From IMG/VR virus record IMGVR_UViG_3300030330_002885, positions 1-64,000 of that record: 64,000 bases of DNA, one strand, 5' to 3'. This document shows, in pieces, positions 7,525-17,867 of the stretch. A model generated the notes under the pieces. It saw only the letters and a program-made list of their open reading frames with translations, was not told the origin of the DNA and ran no database searches. Numbering within the stretch: position 1 is the first letter of the stretch; the number at the start of each line of letters is the position of its first letter. The stretch comes from a virus (Duplodnaviria > Caudoviricetes). Made by a program: the position numbers and the translations under genes.

Positions 7525-9489
7525 ATGTGGTTTGAAACATTAAAATCTAAGTCGCCACTTAGCATAGTGGATAACTTAGAATTGAATTTATTTTCTGGCG
7601 CAGTAGATAATATCATAGACCATTACGAAAAAGATACAACAAACATTGTTGCTATGCGTAATAAAGCAAAGGATATATCAGAAGGTAATATTTCTCCAGA
7701 ACTTAAAGCAAAAACTAATGAGATGGTTCAAGCAGGTGCTAAACTTTATGAATTTTTAATTGAAAAAGAAAAGGAAAAAAGAGCCAGACCACAAAAGGAT
7801 AAATCTGTAACTAACATATTAGAAAAAATAGTTAATGAATCAGATGAAGAAGCATTAATTAATTATGTTGGAGCAGGATATAAAAGTTGGAGAGGAACAT
7901 TAAGAGAAGAAAAAAAGAACGCACTACTTCAAAAGAAAGACGAAATCATTTCTAAATTTATAACAAATAAAAAATTATTTGGTGTAAATTTAACAGACTA
8001 TTCAAGAACAATAACAAAAGAAATCACAGATGAGCAACGTGAAAAATTAAATTCTTATCTTTCTTCTAAAGAATTAAAAGTCGAAGGAGAAAAGATAGTA
8101 TATCCTGAAGCAATGGAATATGAGTCCTTTAAAAATATTGATTCATATTTAGCAGGTATGATAACAAATCGAGATAAAGAAGATTTAGATAACATACCTC
8201 CAATATTTTATTTAGAAACTAGCAAAGAAGGAAAGGCAATCAAATCTTATTTGTTAAAATTATATAATTTAGATATTGAAGATAGTACAATTGATAGACT
8301 ACCCAAAGACATTCAAAAGTATAAACCAAACATTAATAATAATTTAGATGTTACTCGATATCTTACTATTATTGCTGGCGACCAATATAAAAAATCAAAT
8401 AAGTTTGTTCCTATTCCAACAATTAAAAGCGGAACTGCTACTACTGTAGCAAGAGATAAATTATTGACTGTTAGAGGAACATCAATGCTTCATCCAACAT
8501 TAAGAGCATTATTAGGAAGTAGTAGATTAGATATATCTACCATTTTACAGATTGGACAAGAACAACAAAAGGTTAGATTTTTGCCTGTTAGTTTGAGAAT
8601 GTTAATGGAAGGCCAAATAGAAAAACCAGATGTAATTGATGATAAAGACCTTGAAAACTTAATAGATGAATACAATGATTCTACAGACTATAGTAGATTT
8701 ATTAATTCGGCCCAAAAAGAATATTCTAAACAAATACGCCAATTAATAGATTATTATTCTACACCAATACCTACATTTACTGAAAAAGAAAAAGAATTAA
8801 TTTCAAGTTTTGTTTCAGAAGGTTTCGATGAAAATGAAGTCGAGCCAGAAGAAACAATACAAAGTGCTTTAGAAGAATTTTACCAAAAAGAAATTGATGG
8901 TGAAACTATAAGAGATAAAATAATACCAATATTAGAAAAGGTAGATATTGATAATATTTTTGTTGATGCAAGAGGTAAATTAAAATTTAAACCCATTAAA
9001 GGAGTTAATACTGCAGAACAAACTGAATTTGTTAATTTATTCAGAAATCTAAGAATGAAAGAAGAAGAAGTTAAAATAGAAATTTCAGAACAAGAAGAAA
9101 TAGATGAATTATTAGAACTTAAAAAATTAAAAACAAATTATGTTCCTGAATATAATGAAATTAATTTAGCAAATATATTTTATTATTTGTATTATATTGA
9201 TATGCTTTATGCGAAAACAGGCTTTAAAAGACAATTGATTTCTTATTGGAGAACACCATTAGATGATGATGGTGAGTTTTCTGATGAAGAAAAAGAAAAT
9301 TTACAAAATATAATTAACTATGCAAAAGAAAATTATGTAGCAATTATGGATTCAATGAAAGAACCGATTGCAAATAAAATTCAAGATATTTTAGATAATC
9401 CTGTAGATTATCAAAAACTAATTACTTCTGGAAGGGGTGTAAATATTATTCAAAACCTTAGAAAGAATCAATTGATTGTGGAGGAATAA
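7525..9489 (+). CDS. Large helical protein with W-tag leader (MWFETLKS); candidate internal virion protein
   Basis: ATG at 7525 just after the previous stop, in frame with listed ORF 7471. Confidence 0.75.
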   Translation: MWFETLKSKSPLSIVDNLELNLFSGAVDNIIDHYEKDTTNIVAMRNKAKDISEGNISPELKAKTNEMVQAGAKLYEFLIEKEKEKRARPQKDKSVTNILEKIVNESDEEALINYVGAGYKSWRGTLREEKKNALLQKKDEIISKFITNKKLFGVNLTDYSRTITKEITDEQREKLNSYLSSKELKVEGEKIVYPEAMEYESFKNIDSYLAGMITNRDKEDLDNIPPIFYLETSKEGKAIKSYLLKLYNLDIEDSTIDRLPKDIQKYKPNINNNLDVTRYLTIIAGDQYKKSNKFVPIPTIKSGTATTVARDKLLTVRGTSMLHPTLRALLGSSRLDISTILQIGQEQQKVRFLPVSLRMLMEGQIEKPDVIDDKDLENLIDEYNDSTDYSRFINSAQKEYSKQIRQLIDYYSTPIPTFTEKEKELISSFVSEGFDENEVEPEETIQSALEEFYQKEIDGETIRDKIIPILEKVDIDNIFVDARGKLKFKPIKGVNTAEQTEFVNLFRNLRMKEEEVKIEISEQEEIDELLELKKLKTNYVPEYNEINLANIFYYLYYIDMLYAKTGFKRQLISYWRTPLDDDGEFSDEEKENLQNIINYAKENYVAIMDSMKEPIANKIQDILDNPVDYQKLITSGRGVNIIQNLRKNQLIVEE

Positions 9490-9491
9490 AT

Positions 9492-11870
9492 ATGGTAAAT
9501 GCAGAAGATGTTAAAGACTATATCCGTAATGCAAATGCCTTTAGAAGAAATAAAGGTTATGATACAAAACAATATGAAGAATTTAAACAAGACATTAATG
9601 AACTTGAATTTGACGAATCTCATATTCTATCCTTACATCTAACAAGTTTTAAAGAAGATAGAAATATTGCTAATAGAATAAAAAGTATATTAGAAAATAG
9701 AGGATTTTCAGAAGAATATATTAATGCATACTTAACGACATTAAAGGGAAAACTCGGTCAGCAAATGTCTGATTCAGAAGTTCTAAAACAATTAGAATTA
9801 ATATTATATGATGATAGCAAATTAAAAATAAGCACGTTAAAAAATAAACTGAACATTGATAAGATAGAAATATCAGAAAGTGTTTATAACCAAAAGGATA
9901 TTTTTAATGATATAATAGAAACTATAAAAAATAATCGCCCTGACCTCGATTCAGGATTAACTTCTATATTAACTAAGTTAAATCTTAGTGAAGAAGATAG
10001 AATAGGAATACCTTTTAATGAAGGTGATATAGTAGGTTTATATAATCCTAAATTGAATAGTGATAGACGTGCTTTATACAATTACTATCAAGAACATCAT
10101 AAATTATTTGATGTATTAAAAGAAAATATTAAAGATGTTCTTAAAAATTGGGAAGCCGTTGAAGAAGATATTTCAAGAAAAGATACTGCATTTAAAGAAA
10201 CGTCAGAAGGAAAATATGAATTAACTCAAAGATTTACAGATTTGGATAAAGAACTAGAAAAATTATTAAATTTGTATGAAAAAATGGATGGTATGAATTG
10301 GATAGTTCCTGTATCAAATATTAATGTAAAATCCTTTGATACTAAAAATAAAGCCTATGATACCTTTGTTACTGCTATGCAAGATGTTTTTGGTGCAATT
10401 GAAGATGATGTTCTTGAAGTTTATGATGATGATTCAATGTATTATGAAAGAACAGAAAGCCAAACTGATGAGTTTTTAGAGAGGGTTAATTCAGAAGATT
10501 TAAAGAGAATAGAAAGTTTAGACCCACTATATGTTTTAGCAAATAAAGGAAATGTTATCACAAATAGACAATCAAGAGAAACATGGAATGAACTACGAGA
10601 AGAGTTTAATAAATTAAAAGAAAGATTTTCTAGAATAGATAGTACCGATTTGAATATATTAGAAGAAATTATAGAAGAACATGGAGAAATAAGAGAACAA
10701 GTATCTGATTTTAGAAGAACCAAATATTTTATTCCTTTAACTGAAAGAACATCTAATTTAATAAATGAAACACAAAGAACAAAAGTAGATTTTGGTGCTA
10801 TTGAAGAATTTCATTATGAATTAATTGATGTGATTGATAATATTTTAGAAGGAGATACTAAAACTTCTCTTGGTATTAAAACAGACCCATCTCAAACTGC
10901 GGGTGGTGCAGACGCAACACAATTAACTGATAAACAAAAACCATTTGCTACTCAATATACTGCACTATCAATAGGTTCTAAAGGAGAAAGAAGAGAAATA
11001 GGACAATTTATTGAATCTTTTACCGAACTATTTGCAACTGCTGAAAAATATTATTTAGAACCTGTGAGTAAAGGTGTGATGACTTTCAGAAAAAAGCCTA
11101 GATTTTTAACAGAAGAAAAATTAAAGGTGTTTTCTATTCATGGAACGGATAAAGTTACTAGAGAACTAATGGAGATGTATATTGAAAGAAATATGTCTTT
11201 AATTACTGCTAGCCAACTACAAACAATTAATGAATATAGAGAAACAAGAATGGATGCACAAGACATAACTTTAACCAATTTAATTGATATTACAGAAGAG
11301 TTATTAAATATATTAGATGACTTTTTCCCAGATTCTATTGAAGAAGATAAGATTTTCTTTGCTAAAGAAATTAAAAGAGTTGCAGAAAGAAATACTGATA
11401 TAACAATCCAAGATGAAACTTTAGATGGAGATAAAATATTAGATTTAGCAGAAAAAGATTCAAGAGGAACAAGTTATAATAAATTAATTACATATTTATT
11501 TGCATTTAGGTATCAATTTAATAAAAACATTTACTTAAAAGACGAATACAAAAAATTTCAAGAATTACATAGAGAGTATAGAGAAAAAATAGAACTGTCG
11601 GAATATAAAAATAAAATATTAGATGCACATGATGAAATAAGAAAAATGATGCATAAACCAATATATTATAGTAACAGTAAAATAGACTCTTATGATTCAA
11701 TAAATAAAACAATTGATATTATGAAATCAGAATATGATAAAGATATTAATGCTACTGATATAACAGGAATAACAGAAGAATTAGATAGTTTCTCATCTAT
11801 TGCTAAAAAATATGGAGTTACCGAAGATATGGTTTATCACATTAAAGCAATGTATAGACCGTTGATTTGA
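9492..11870 (+). CDS. Large acidic helical protein with possible C-terminal HTH
   Basis: 792-aa ORF; FSSIAKKYGVTEDMVYHIK is HTH-like. Confidence 0.75.
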   Translation: MVNAEDVKDYIRNANAFRRNKGYDTKQYEEFKQDINELEFDESHILSLHLTSFKEDRNIANRIKSILENRGFSEEYINAYLTTLKGKLGQQMSDSEVLKQLELILYDDSKLKISTLKNKLNIDKIEISESVYNQKDIFNDIIETIKNNRPDLDSGLTSILTKLNLSEEDRIGIPFNEGDIVGLYNPKLNSDRRALYNYYQEHHKLFDVLKENIKDVLKNWEAVEEDISRKDTAFKETSEGKYELTQRFTDLDKELEKLLNLYEKMDGMNWIVPVSNINVKSFDTKNKAYDTFVTAMQDVFGAIEDDVLEVYDDDSMYYERTESQTDEFLERVNSEDLKRIESLDPLYVLANKGNVITNRQSRETWNELREEFNKLKERFSRIDSTDLNILEEIIEEHGEIREQVSDFRRTKYFIPLTERTSNLINETQRTKVDFGAIEEFHYELIDVIDNILEGDTKTSLGIKTDPSQTAGGADATQLTDKQKPFATQYTALSIGSKGERREIGQFIESFTELFATAEKYYLEPVSKGVMTFRKKPRFLTEEKLKVFSIHGTDKVTRELMEMYIERNMSLITASQLQTINEYRETRMDAQDITLTNLIDITEELLNILDDFFPDSIEEDKIFFAKEIKRVAERNTDITIQDETLDGDKILDLAEKDSRGTSYNKLITYLFAFRYQFNKNIYLKDEYKKFQELHREYREKIELSEYKNKILDAHDEIRKMMHKPIYYSNSKIDSYDSINKTIDIMKSEYDKDINATDITGITEELDSFSSIAKKYGVTEDMVYHIKAMYRPLI

Positions 11871-11930
11871 AATGTGCGATTATTGGGAAATAATGTTAGA
11901 AGAATACGAAAAGTTATTTGAGGAGAAAAA

Positions 11931-12593
11931 ATGACTTGGTTTTCAATTGTTAAAAATAGGTTATTAGTAAAACCTAAAACACAATTAAGAGTTCAAGATA
12001 TTAAAGAAATAGATGATGACGAACCGTGTAAAAAGAAATTACGGGAGTATTATGATTATAGTCTTGAACAGGCAAGAACTTATGGTATAAAAAATGATGC
12101 TGAAGTTCAATCTATTTATAATGACTATGATTTAACAATTGATGACGGTTCGACAAGTGATAAAGCAATAAGTAAACATAATAAAAAGTTTGCATCACTT
12201 ATCGTATATGATTATGGTTCAGTACTCATTGATTCGGAAGAATTTTCAAAAATGCCAGAAAGGGTAGCCTGTAGAATGTTAGACTTAATAGATAGCGAAG
12301 AGGATTATTATGAAGAAATAGATGGTTATTTTTTGAGTGTGTCTTTTGGAGAAGATGAAGAAGATGATTCTATTACTGATGATACATTAATTTGGCAAAG
12401 TATAGGATTTCGACTTGAAATTGCTATTGATAGTAGCCACCAAACAGTTTATGATTTAGCGGGGGGAGCATTTCTACATATTACCACAAAAGATGAAACT
12501 ATAGATTTTGAAAAAGATATGTCTGCACGTGATTTTTATAATGATATCTTTGAATTTCTTACAAATAAACTAGAACCAAAAAATTGGAAGTGA
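11931..12593 (+). CDS. Tandem paralog 1 of the KPKTQLR/DDEPCKK family, W-tag
   Basis: Three conserved blocks shared with the next three genes. Confidence 0.85.
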   Translation: MTWFSIVKNRLLVKPKTQLRVQDIKEIDDDEPCKKKLREYYDYSLEQARTYGIKNDAEVQSIYNDYDLTIDDGSTSDKAISKHNKKFASLIVYDYGSVLIDSEEFSKMPERVACRMLDLIDSEEDYYEEIDGYFLSVSFGEDEEDDSITDDTLIWQSIGFRLEIAIDSSHQTVYDLAGGAFLHITTKDETIDFEKDMSARDFYNDIFEFLTNKLEPKNWK

Positions 12594-12597
12594 TAGA

Positions 12598-13278
12598 GTG
12601 TGGTTTTCTATAATTAAGAGTAAATTACTTGTTAAACCAAAAACTCAGTTGCGGGTTCAAGATAATAAAGAAGTGGAAGATGATGAACCTTGTAAAAAAA
12701 GATTAAAGGAGTATATTGATTTTTTCCAAAAACAACAAAAAAATTATGATGTTATTGAAGACCCCGAAGTAAAAAATGTTATAGAAGAATATAAATTAAA
12801 ACCTTTAAAGGAAGAAGCAGACTATACTCCTTTATACTATTCTTATTATAAAGACTCCGATAGAGAATTTAAACGAAACCTGTTAGAAAATAATGATTTT
12901 TTCGTTTCAAGACTTCTGATTATTTATGATTATGATATTAAAGAAGATTTATGGGAAAATTTACCAGAACGTGTAGCCTGTGAAGTGCTAGATATAATAG
13001 ATAGTCAAACAGAATCATCAGTATATAGTGATGTGGGCCCTTATTCAATTACAGTTGTTTATAGGAATAAACCTAATAGAGTTCAATGGGATATTACTAT
13101 TTCAATTGATGATAGAAATGTTATTTATTTTGAGTTGTATCAGGTTGTTAGAATTACTGCATTTGAAGAAATTTACAATGATAAAAGAAAAACTAACTTA
13201 GAGGCAAGCCTACCGTTTATTGGTAAAATAAAAGATGTTTTTAATAATAAGGCAGACCCCAAAAATTGGAGGAATTAA
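12598..13278 (+). CDS. Tandem paralog 2 of the KPKTQLR/DDEPCKK family, W-tag
   Basis: GTG start; same blocks. Confidence 0.85.
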   Translation: MWFSIIKSKLLVKPKTQLRVQDNKEVEDDEPCKKRLKEYIDFFQKQQKNYDVIEDPEVKNVIEEYKLKPLKEEADYTPLYYSYYKDSDREFKRNLLENNDFFVSRLLIIYDYDIKEDLWENLPERVACEVLDIIDSQTESSVYSDVGPYSITVVYRNKPNRVQWDITISIDDRNVIYFELYQVVRITAFEEIYNDKRKTNLEASLPFIGKIKDVFNNKADPKNWRN

Positions 13279-13279
13279 A

Positions 13280-13894
13280 ATGTGGTTTAAAATCCTTAAG
13301 AATAGGCTTTTAATTAAACCCAAGACGCAGTTAAGAGTCCAAGATAATCCAATAACTGATGATGATGAACCTTGTAAAAAGAAATTAAAAGAATATCAAG
13401 AATATATGGAATTTATGAAAAAAAATTATAAAGCATCAAAAGATAAAAAGTTATTGAAACTTCTTGTGGGTCTAGGAGGAATTATATTTAGAAGAGCCAC
13501 AGGTTATGCTTTAGTATCTTATGCTAGATGGAATGAAGGAGAAATAAGACAAAATCATATTAATGTATTATTAGACCCGGAACAGTTTGAAAAAATACCA
13601 GAAAGGGTGGCTTGTAAAGCATTAGATTTGTTAGAAAGTAATAAAATTAATCCCAGCGTAAATATAGATAGATATACAATCAGTCATATATGGTCTTATA
13701 GAATAGGTAAGGATACATTTTATGCGGTAAATCTTTTAGAAATTAGATATGATGAAAAAAAGATATTTGAGATAGGAAAGGTAGCCAATCTAGACCCTAA
13801 AATAATTGATACAAGAGGTATTGCGTCAAAGTTTAATCGTGCTGATTTAGAAGATTTTATGGATAGAGTAAAAGTAAAAAATTGGAGAAATTAA
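13280..13894 (+). CDS. Tandem paralog 3 of the KPKTQLR/DDEPCKK family, W-tag
   Basis: ATG at 13280 after GGAGG; same blocks. Confidence 0.85.
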   Translation: MWFKILKNRLLIKPKTQLRVQDNPITDDDEPCKKKLKEYQEYMEFMKKNYKASKDKKLLKLLVGLGGIIFRRATGYALVSYARWNEGEIRQNHINVLLDPEQFEKIPERVACKALDLLESNKINPSVNIDRYTISHIWSYRIGKDTFYAVNLLEIRYDEKKIFEIGKVANLDPKIIDTRGIASKFNRADLEDFMDRVKVKNWRN

Positions 13895-13895
13895 G

Positions 13896-14546
13896 ATGTG
13901 GTTTAATATTCTTAAAAATAAATTACTTACTAAGCCTAAGACTCAGTTAAGAATCAAAGATGTTAAAGATATAGAAGATGACGAGCCTTGTAAAAAGAAA
14001 CTAGAAGAGTATAATAATTATTTTATAAAACAAAGGGATAACCATAATATACAAAACGATACTGAAATAACAAATATTTATAATAAGCATGGTTTAACAA
14101 ATCTTGAGGTAACTTCTTTTGATGATGGATTAACAATCGCTAGACATAATAATAGATTTAAAGGAGTAACTTCACTTTATTATATGACTGATAACCTTGA
14201 TAAAGATTTTTTAGAAATACCAGAAAAAGTAGCCTGTAGATTTTTAGATTTAATAGAAAGTGTGGCTGGTCGTCATAGTGAAGAAATGGATGGTTATAAA
14301 ATGTATTTAGAAAACATGATAGGAGAAAGAGAGCCGTTAGGAGATGATGTTTGGATTTGGGAATACCATAATTTTACTGCATACATTGCAAAAGCAGGGA
14401 GGTACGTTTATAGAATAGCCTTAAGTGGAACAATAATGGTTGAGGAAATAGATGTACTTTTAACAAATGATAGAGAAGCAACTAATTTTTATAATGATAT
14501 GTCGAATATAATAATGGATAAAATAGACTCAAAAAATTGGAAGTGA
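13896..14546 (+). CDS. Tandem paralog 4 of the KPKTQLR/DDEPCKK family, W-tag
   Basis: Same blocks; ends DSKNWK. Confidence 0.85.
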   Translation: MWFNILKNKLLTKPKTQLRIKDVKDIEDDEPCKKKLEEYNNYFIKQRDNHNIQNDTEITNIYNKHGLTNLEVTSFDDGLTIARHNNRFKGVTSLYYMTDNLDKDFLEIPEKVACRFLDLIESVAGRHSEEMDGYKMYLENMIGEREPLGDDVWIWEYHNFTAYIAKAGRYVYRIALSGTIMVEEIDVLLTNDREATNFYNDMSNIIMDKIDSKNWK

Positions 14547-14550
14547 TAAA

Positions 14551-15276
14551 ATGGATTTAAGAGATATAATTGTCGGAACAAAATATGAAAAAATATTACA
14601 AAATATGGAAGCAGGAAAAGGATTATTTGAATCTGCTAGATTTTTAGTAAATGAATCAATAGAACAAATAAAAAATAAAGTAACTGAAATGGATAGGGAA
14701 ATGTCTGATAAAGATATTAGTAATTCAATAGAACCAATTTTATCAAGTCCTATAGTATTTTCATTAAAAGAAGCAAAAGAAATTGGTGATGAATTAGAAG
14801 ATGAAATGGTAGATATTCCACCATATGACCCCAATGAAACAGATTTAAGTCAAGAATTATTAGATTTCTTAGAAAGTACGGGTACTATGCAAAGCATGAT
14901 ACAAGAATTTAAAACTGAAGTAATCGAAAATTTAAAAGATAAAATGGGTGAATTGGGTTGGTCTGAAGGTGATGAAGTTAGAGAATTTGTAAATAAACTT
15001 GCAGAAACTAAAGAACTTAAAAATTATTTAGGTCATTGTGTGTTTGCGGCATTAACTCATTTAGCAAAGGAACAAGCATTTAATTTGGGTGGTATGGAAG
15101 AAGGGCCAGATGAAGAAGCAGATGAAAAAGTTAGAATACAGAATGAAAAGGAAGAAAGAGAAATGGCGGAATTTGAAGAAAATTTTAATCCCAATAATAT
15201 GGAAGATTGGCAACAATATTTAAGGGATGAGTACAAATCGGCAGATTGGAAGCGAGTATTAAGGGGAGTAAAATAA
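14551..15276 (+). CDS. Acidic protein with C-terminal tag-like end (KSADWKRVLRGVK)
   Basis: 241-aa ORF. Confidence 0.75.
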   Translation: MDLRDIIVGTKYEKILQNMEAGKGLFESARFLVNESIEQIKNKVTEMDREMSDKDISNSIEPILSSPIVFSLKEAKEIGDELEDEMVDIPPYDPNETDLSQELLDFLESTGTMQSMIQEFKTEVIENLKDKMGELGWSEGDEVREFVNKLAETKELKNYLGHCVFAALTHLAKEQAFNLGGMEEGPDEEADEKVRIQNEKEEREMAEFEENFNPNNMEDWQQYLRDEYKSADWKRVLRGVK

Positions 15277-15277
15277 T

Positions 15278-15532
15278 ATGAAACAATTTATAATTAGAAA
15301 ATTAATCTCTTTTATGGGTAGAGTATATGTTTTATTAGATACACAATTAACACATGAAACAAGCCCAATTTTAGATTTAGAAATAGATGAAGATTTTAGA
15401 AACATGAGTAGAAGAGAATTATGCGCTCATGTAGAAAAAAGATTTAATTTAGAAACAGATGCATTTTGGGAATTAGAATCAACACAAAAAATTAGATATT
15501 GTTGCCAACAAGCAAGAAACATGAGGAAATAG
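15278..15532 (+). CDS. Hypothetical protein
   Basis: ORF with GGGGAG RBS. Confidence 0.7.
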   Translation: MKQFIIRKLISFMGRVYVLLDTQLTHETSPILDLEIDEDFRNMSRRELCAHVEKRFNLETDAFWELESTQKIRYCCQQARNMRK

Positions 15533-15533
15533 A

Positions 15534-16430
15534 ATGAGAGGAATTAGAGAGAAAGTTCATCCTGTTCCTGCAGGAGATACTTTTGAAAACAATGGTGAAA
15601 CATTTACTGTTGTTGGCCCTCTTTCTGAACCTGAGTTTATTAGATTAGCAAATAGATGGCCCAATGCTAATAGATTACCTAGAAATAGACCAGAATCACC
15701 ATTTACTTTTTTTGGTGATGAAAATTATATTTGGGTAATCGTTGATGAATTTGGATATGTTGTTTCTAAAGTTGGAATAGTAGTATTAGATGATGTTATT
15801 GGAGATGCAGGTGCATATACTGTTGGAGGTTATGCAAGCCACCCAGAAAAATACGGTGATGATGCTAATTATACAAATAGAGGTTTTAACACTAAATTAG
15901 ACGAATACAGAATGCCTTTTGTTAAAGAACTTGCAACCGCCCGACAATTACCAATTGTATATGATTTATCAAATGATACAAAAAATAGACTAACAAAATA
16001 TCGTAATTTAGGTTTTGAAGTAAAAAGTAGTAATGATGAAAAACACCCTTTGTTGCCAGAAAAACATTTTGAAAAATTAAAATCAAGAAATAGAACTTAT
16101 GCTATTTATATTCCTAATACTTTAGAAGATGATGCAATGAGAAAGGCTTGGAGTATTATTAAAAAATCAACATATGAAGTATATGTGTATGATATTAAGT
16201 GGGATGCTACGGAGTCTGATAAAGAAAGAATGCCCTTACCAAATAACGGAATTTATTATATTCCTAGCACCACTGATTTAAATGATGATGAAGAAGTTTT
16301 AGATGCAATTAATGATTCAGTTGAAGACGCTCATGGTTTTGTTATGATGAATTTTAATTATGATATTAACGACCCAAACGAAAAAAGAGAGTTTGATAGT
16401 AAAACTAAGGAGATATACAAAAATGTCTGA
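15534..16430 (+). CDS. Putative GNAT acetyltransferase, followed by an internal W-tag and a small acidic domain
   Basis: YTNRGFNTKL (motif A-like) and KYRNLGFEV (motif B-like); then RKAWSIIKKS. Confidence 0.5.
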   Translation: MRGIREKVHPVPAGDTFENNGETFTVVGPLSEPEFIRLANRWPNANRLPRNRPESPFTFFGDENYIWVIVDEFGYVVSKVGIVVLDDVIGDAGAYTVGGYASHPEKYGDDANYTNRGFNTKLDEYRMPFVKELATARQLPIVYDLSNDTKNRLTKYRNLGFEVKSSNDEKHPLLPEKHFEKLKSRNRTYAIYIPNTLEDDAMRKAWSIIKKSTYEVYVYDIKWDATESDKERMPLPNNGIYYIPSTTDLNDDEEVLDAINDSVEDAHGFVMMNFNYDINDPNEKREFDSKTKEIYKNV

Positions 16431-17862
16431 AATAGAAGAATTAGATTTTATGTCTTCTATGGACATGGAACTTTCTAAAACATCTTTCCCTTATTTCTTT
16501 CAAAACGTTTTAGGTATGATGTACCCAGATTATATGCAAGAATGGTTAGAAACAATGCAACGTACAGATAGAACTGTAATTGTTTGTAGTCGTGACCACG
16601 GCAAATCAGTATTTATGCATAGTTGGGTAGTTTGGAATTTAATATTTCAAGAACCACCTTATCAAATGCTTTACATTTCTTCTAACCAAAAACAGACATT
16701 AGTTCACATGAGAGAAATAGATAGATATTTTAATTTACCACCACTTAAAAAATATAAACCAACAAGAGGTTGGGCTATTGGTAATATTACATTAACAAAT
16801 GGTAACTCAATTCTTGAAAGGTCAGTAGGTTCTCAGATTCGTGGTTTACACCCCCAAGAAATTATTATTGACGACCCTCTAAAAGAATTTAGTTTAGCGG
16901 GAATTAATAGAGTAACAGATTGGTTCTTTGGAGATATGATACCGACTCTACATCATACTGCTAATTTAAGAATGATTGGAACACCATTTACTTACACAGA
17001 CATATTTTCACAATTAGAAGAAAATCCGGCTTATACTGTTAGAAAATATCCATGTTTAAATTCATTAAACGAACCACTATGGCCCGCTCGTTGGGATTAT
17101 GATGCACTAATGCAAAGAAAAGCAGAAATTGGTTCATTAAAATTTACAAGAGAATATTTGTGTATTCCAATATCTACAGGAACTTCTTTGTTTTCTCCCG
17201 AACATTTAGAAAATTCTAAACATAAAGATTTAATTCTTAGGTTAGGTAATAGAAAAGATAAAGGGTATAAATACTATGTTGGAGTAGACCCCGCTATTTC
17301 TACTGATGGAGATTATAATGTAATTATGGTTTTAGAAGTTGATGACGAAAAAAATAAATCTATTGTTCATGTAGATAGAGCAAAGAATGTTCAGTTTAGA
17401 GAAAACATAGAAAAGTTAAGACTTATTGGTAAAATATTTCAACCGGAAGCAGTATTATATGAAACTAATACTTTTGCTAAAGCATTTACTCAAGAATTAA
17501 GAAGTGTTACAGATATGAATATTAAGGACTTTAATACGACAAGACGTAAAAAGCAAGAAATAATATTAAATCTACAAATGAATTTTGAAAACAAAAAGAT
17601 ACATTTGCCGTATGGAGATAATAATAGTAAAAGGATGAGCGGGATGTTAATTGAAGAATTATCTATGTTTTCCATTACCGACACAGGAAAGTTTGAAGGC
17701 GTAGGCGCACACGATGATTTAGTGATGGCCCTAGCCTTAGCAAATGCGGCTACTCAAACGCCTTCTGAGTCCTTTATGCTACTTGACGATATGGAGATAT
17801 TTGATGCGCCAGAAACGCCTCTATTGAACAATTATTCGGGTATGATAGGATTAAATTTTTAG
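16423..17862 (+). CDS. terL: Terminase large subunit
   Basis: Walker A SRDHGKS, Walker B IIIDDP, motif III IGTP, nuclease VGVDPA and HDDLVMALALA; ATG at 16423 after AAGGAG. Confidence 0.95.
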   Translation: MSEIEELDFMSSMDMELSKTSFPYFFQNVLGMMYPDYMQEWLETMQRTDRTVIVCSRDHGKSVFMHSWVVWNLIFQEPPYQMLYISSNQKQTLVHMREIDRYFNLPPLKKYKPTRGWAIGNITLTNGNSILERSVGSQIRGLHPQEIIIDDPLKEFSLAGINRVTDWFFGDMIPTLHHTANLRMIGTPFTYTDIFSQLEENPAYTVRKYPCLNSLNEPLWPARWDYDALMQRKAEIGSLKFTREYLCIPISTGTSLFSPEHLENSKHKDLILRLGNRKDKGYKYYVGVDPAISTDGDYNVIMVLEVDDEKNKSIVHVDRAKNVQFRENIEKLRLIGKIFQPEAVLYETNTFAKAFTQELRSVTDMNIKDFNTTRRKKQEIILNLQMNFENKKIHLPYGDNNSKRMSGMLIEELSMFSITDTGKFEGVGAHDDLVMALALANAATQTPSESFMLLDDMEIFDAPETPLLNNYSGMIGLNF

Positions 17863-17867
17863 GTTAG

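Noticed and set aside
11931-14546. Paralog array as diversity-generating retroelement targets
   Set aside because: No reverse transcriptase is present, and no near-identical TR/VR pair differing only at adenines was seen.
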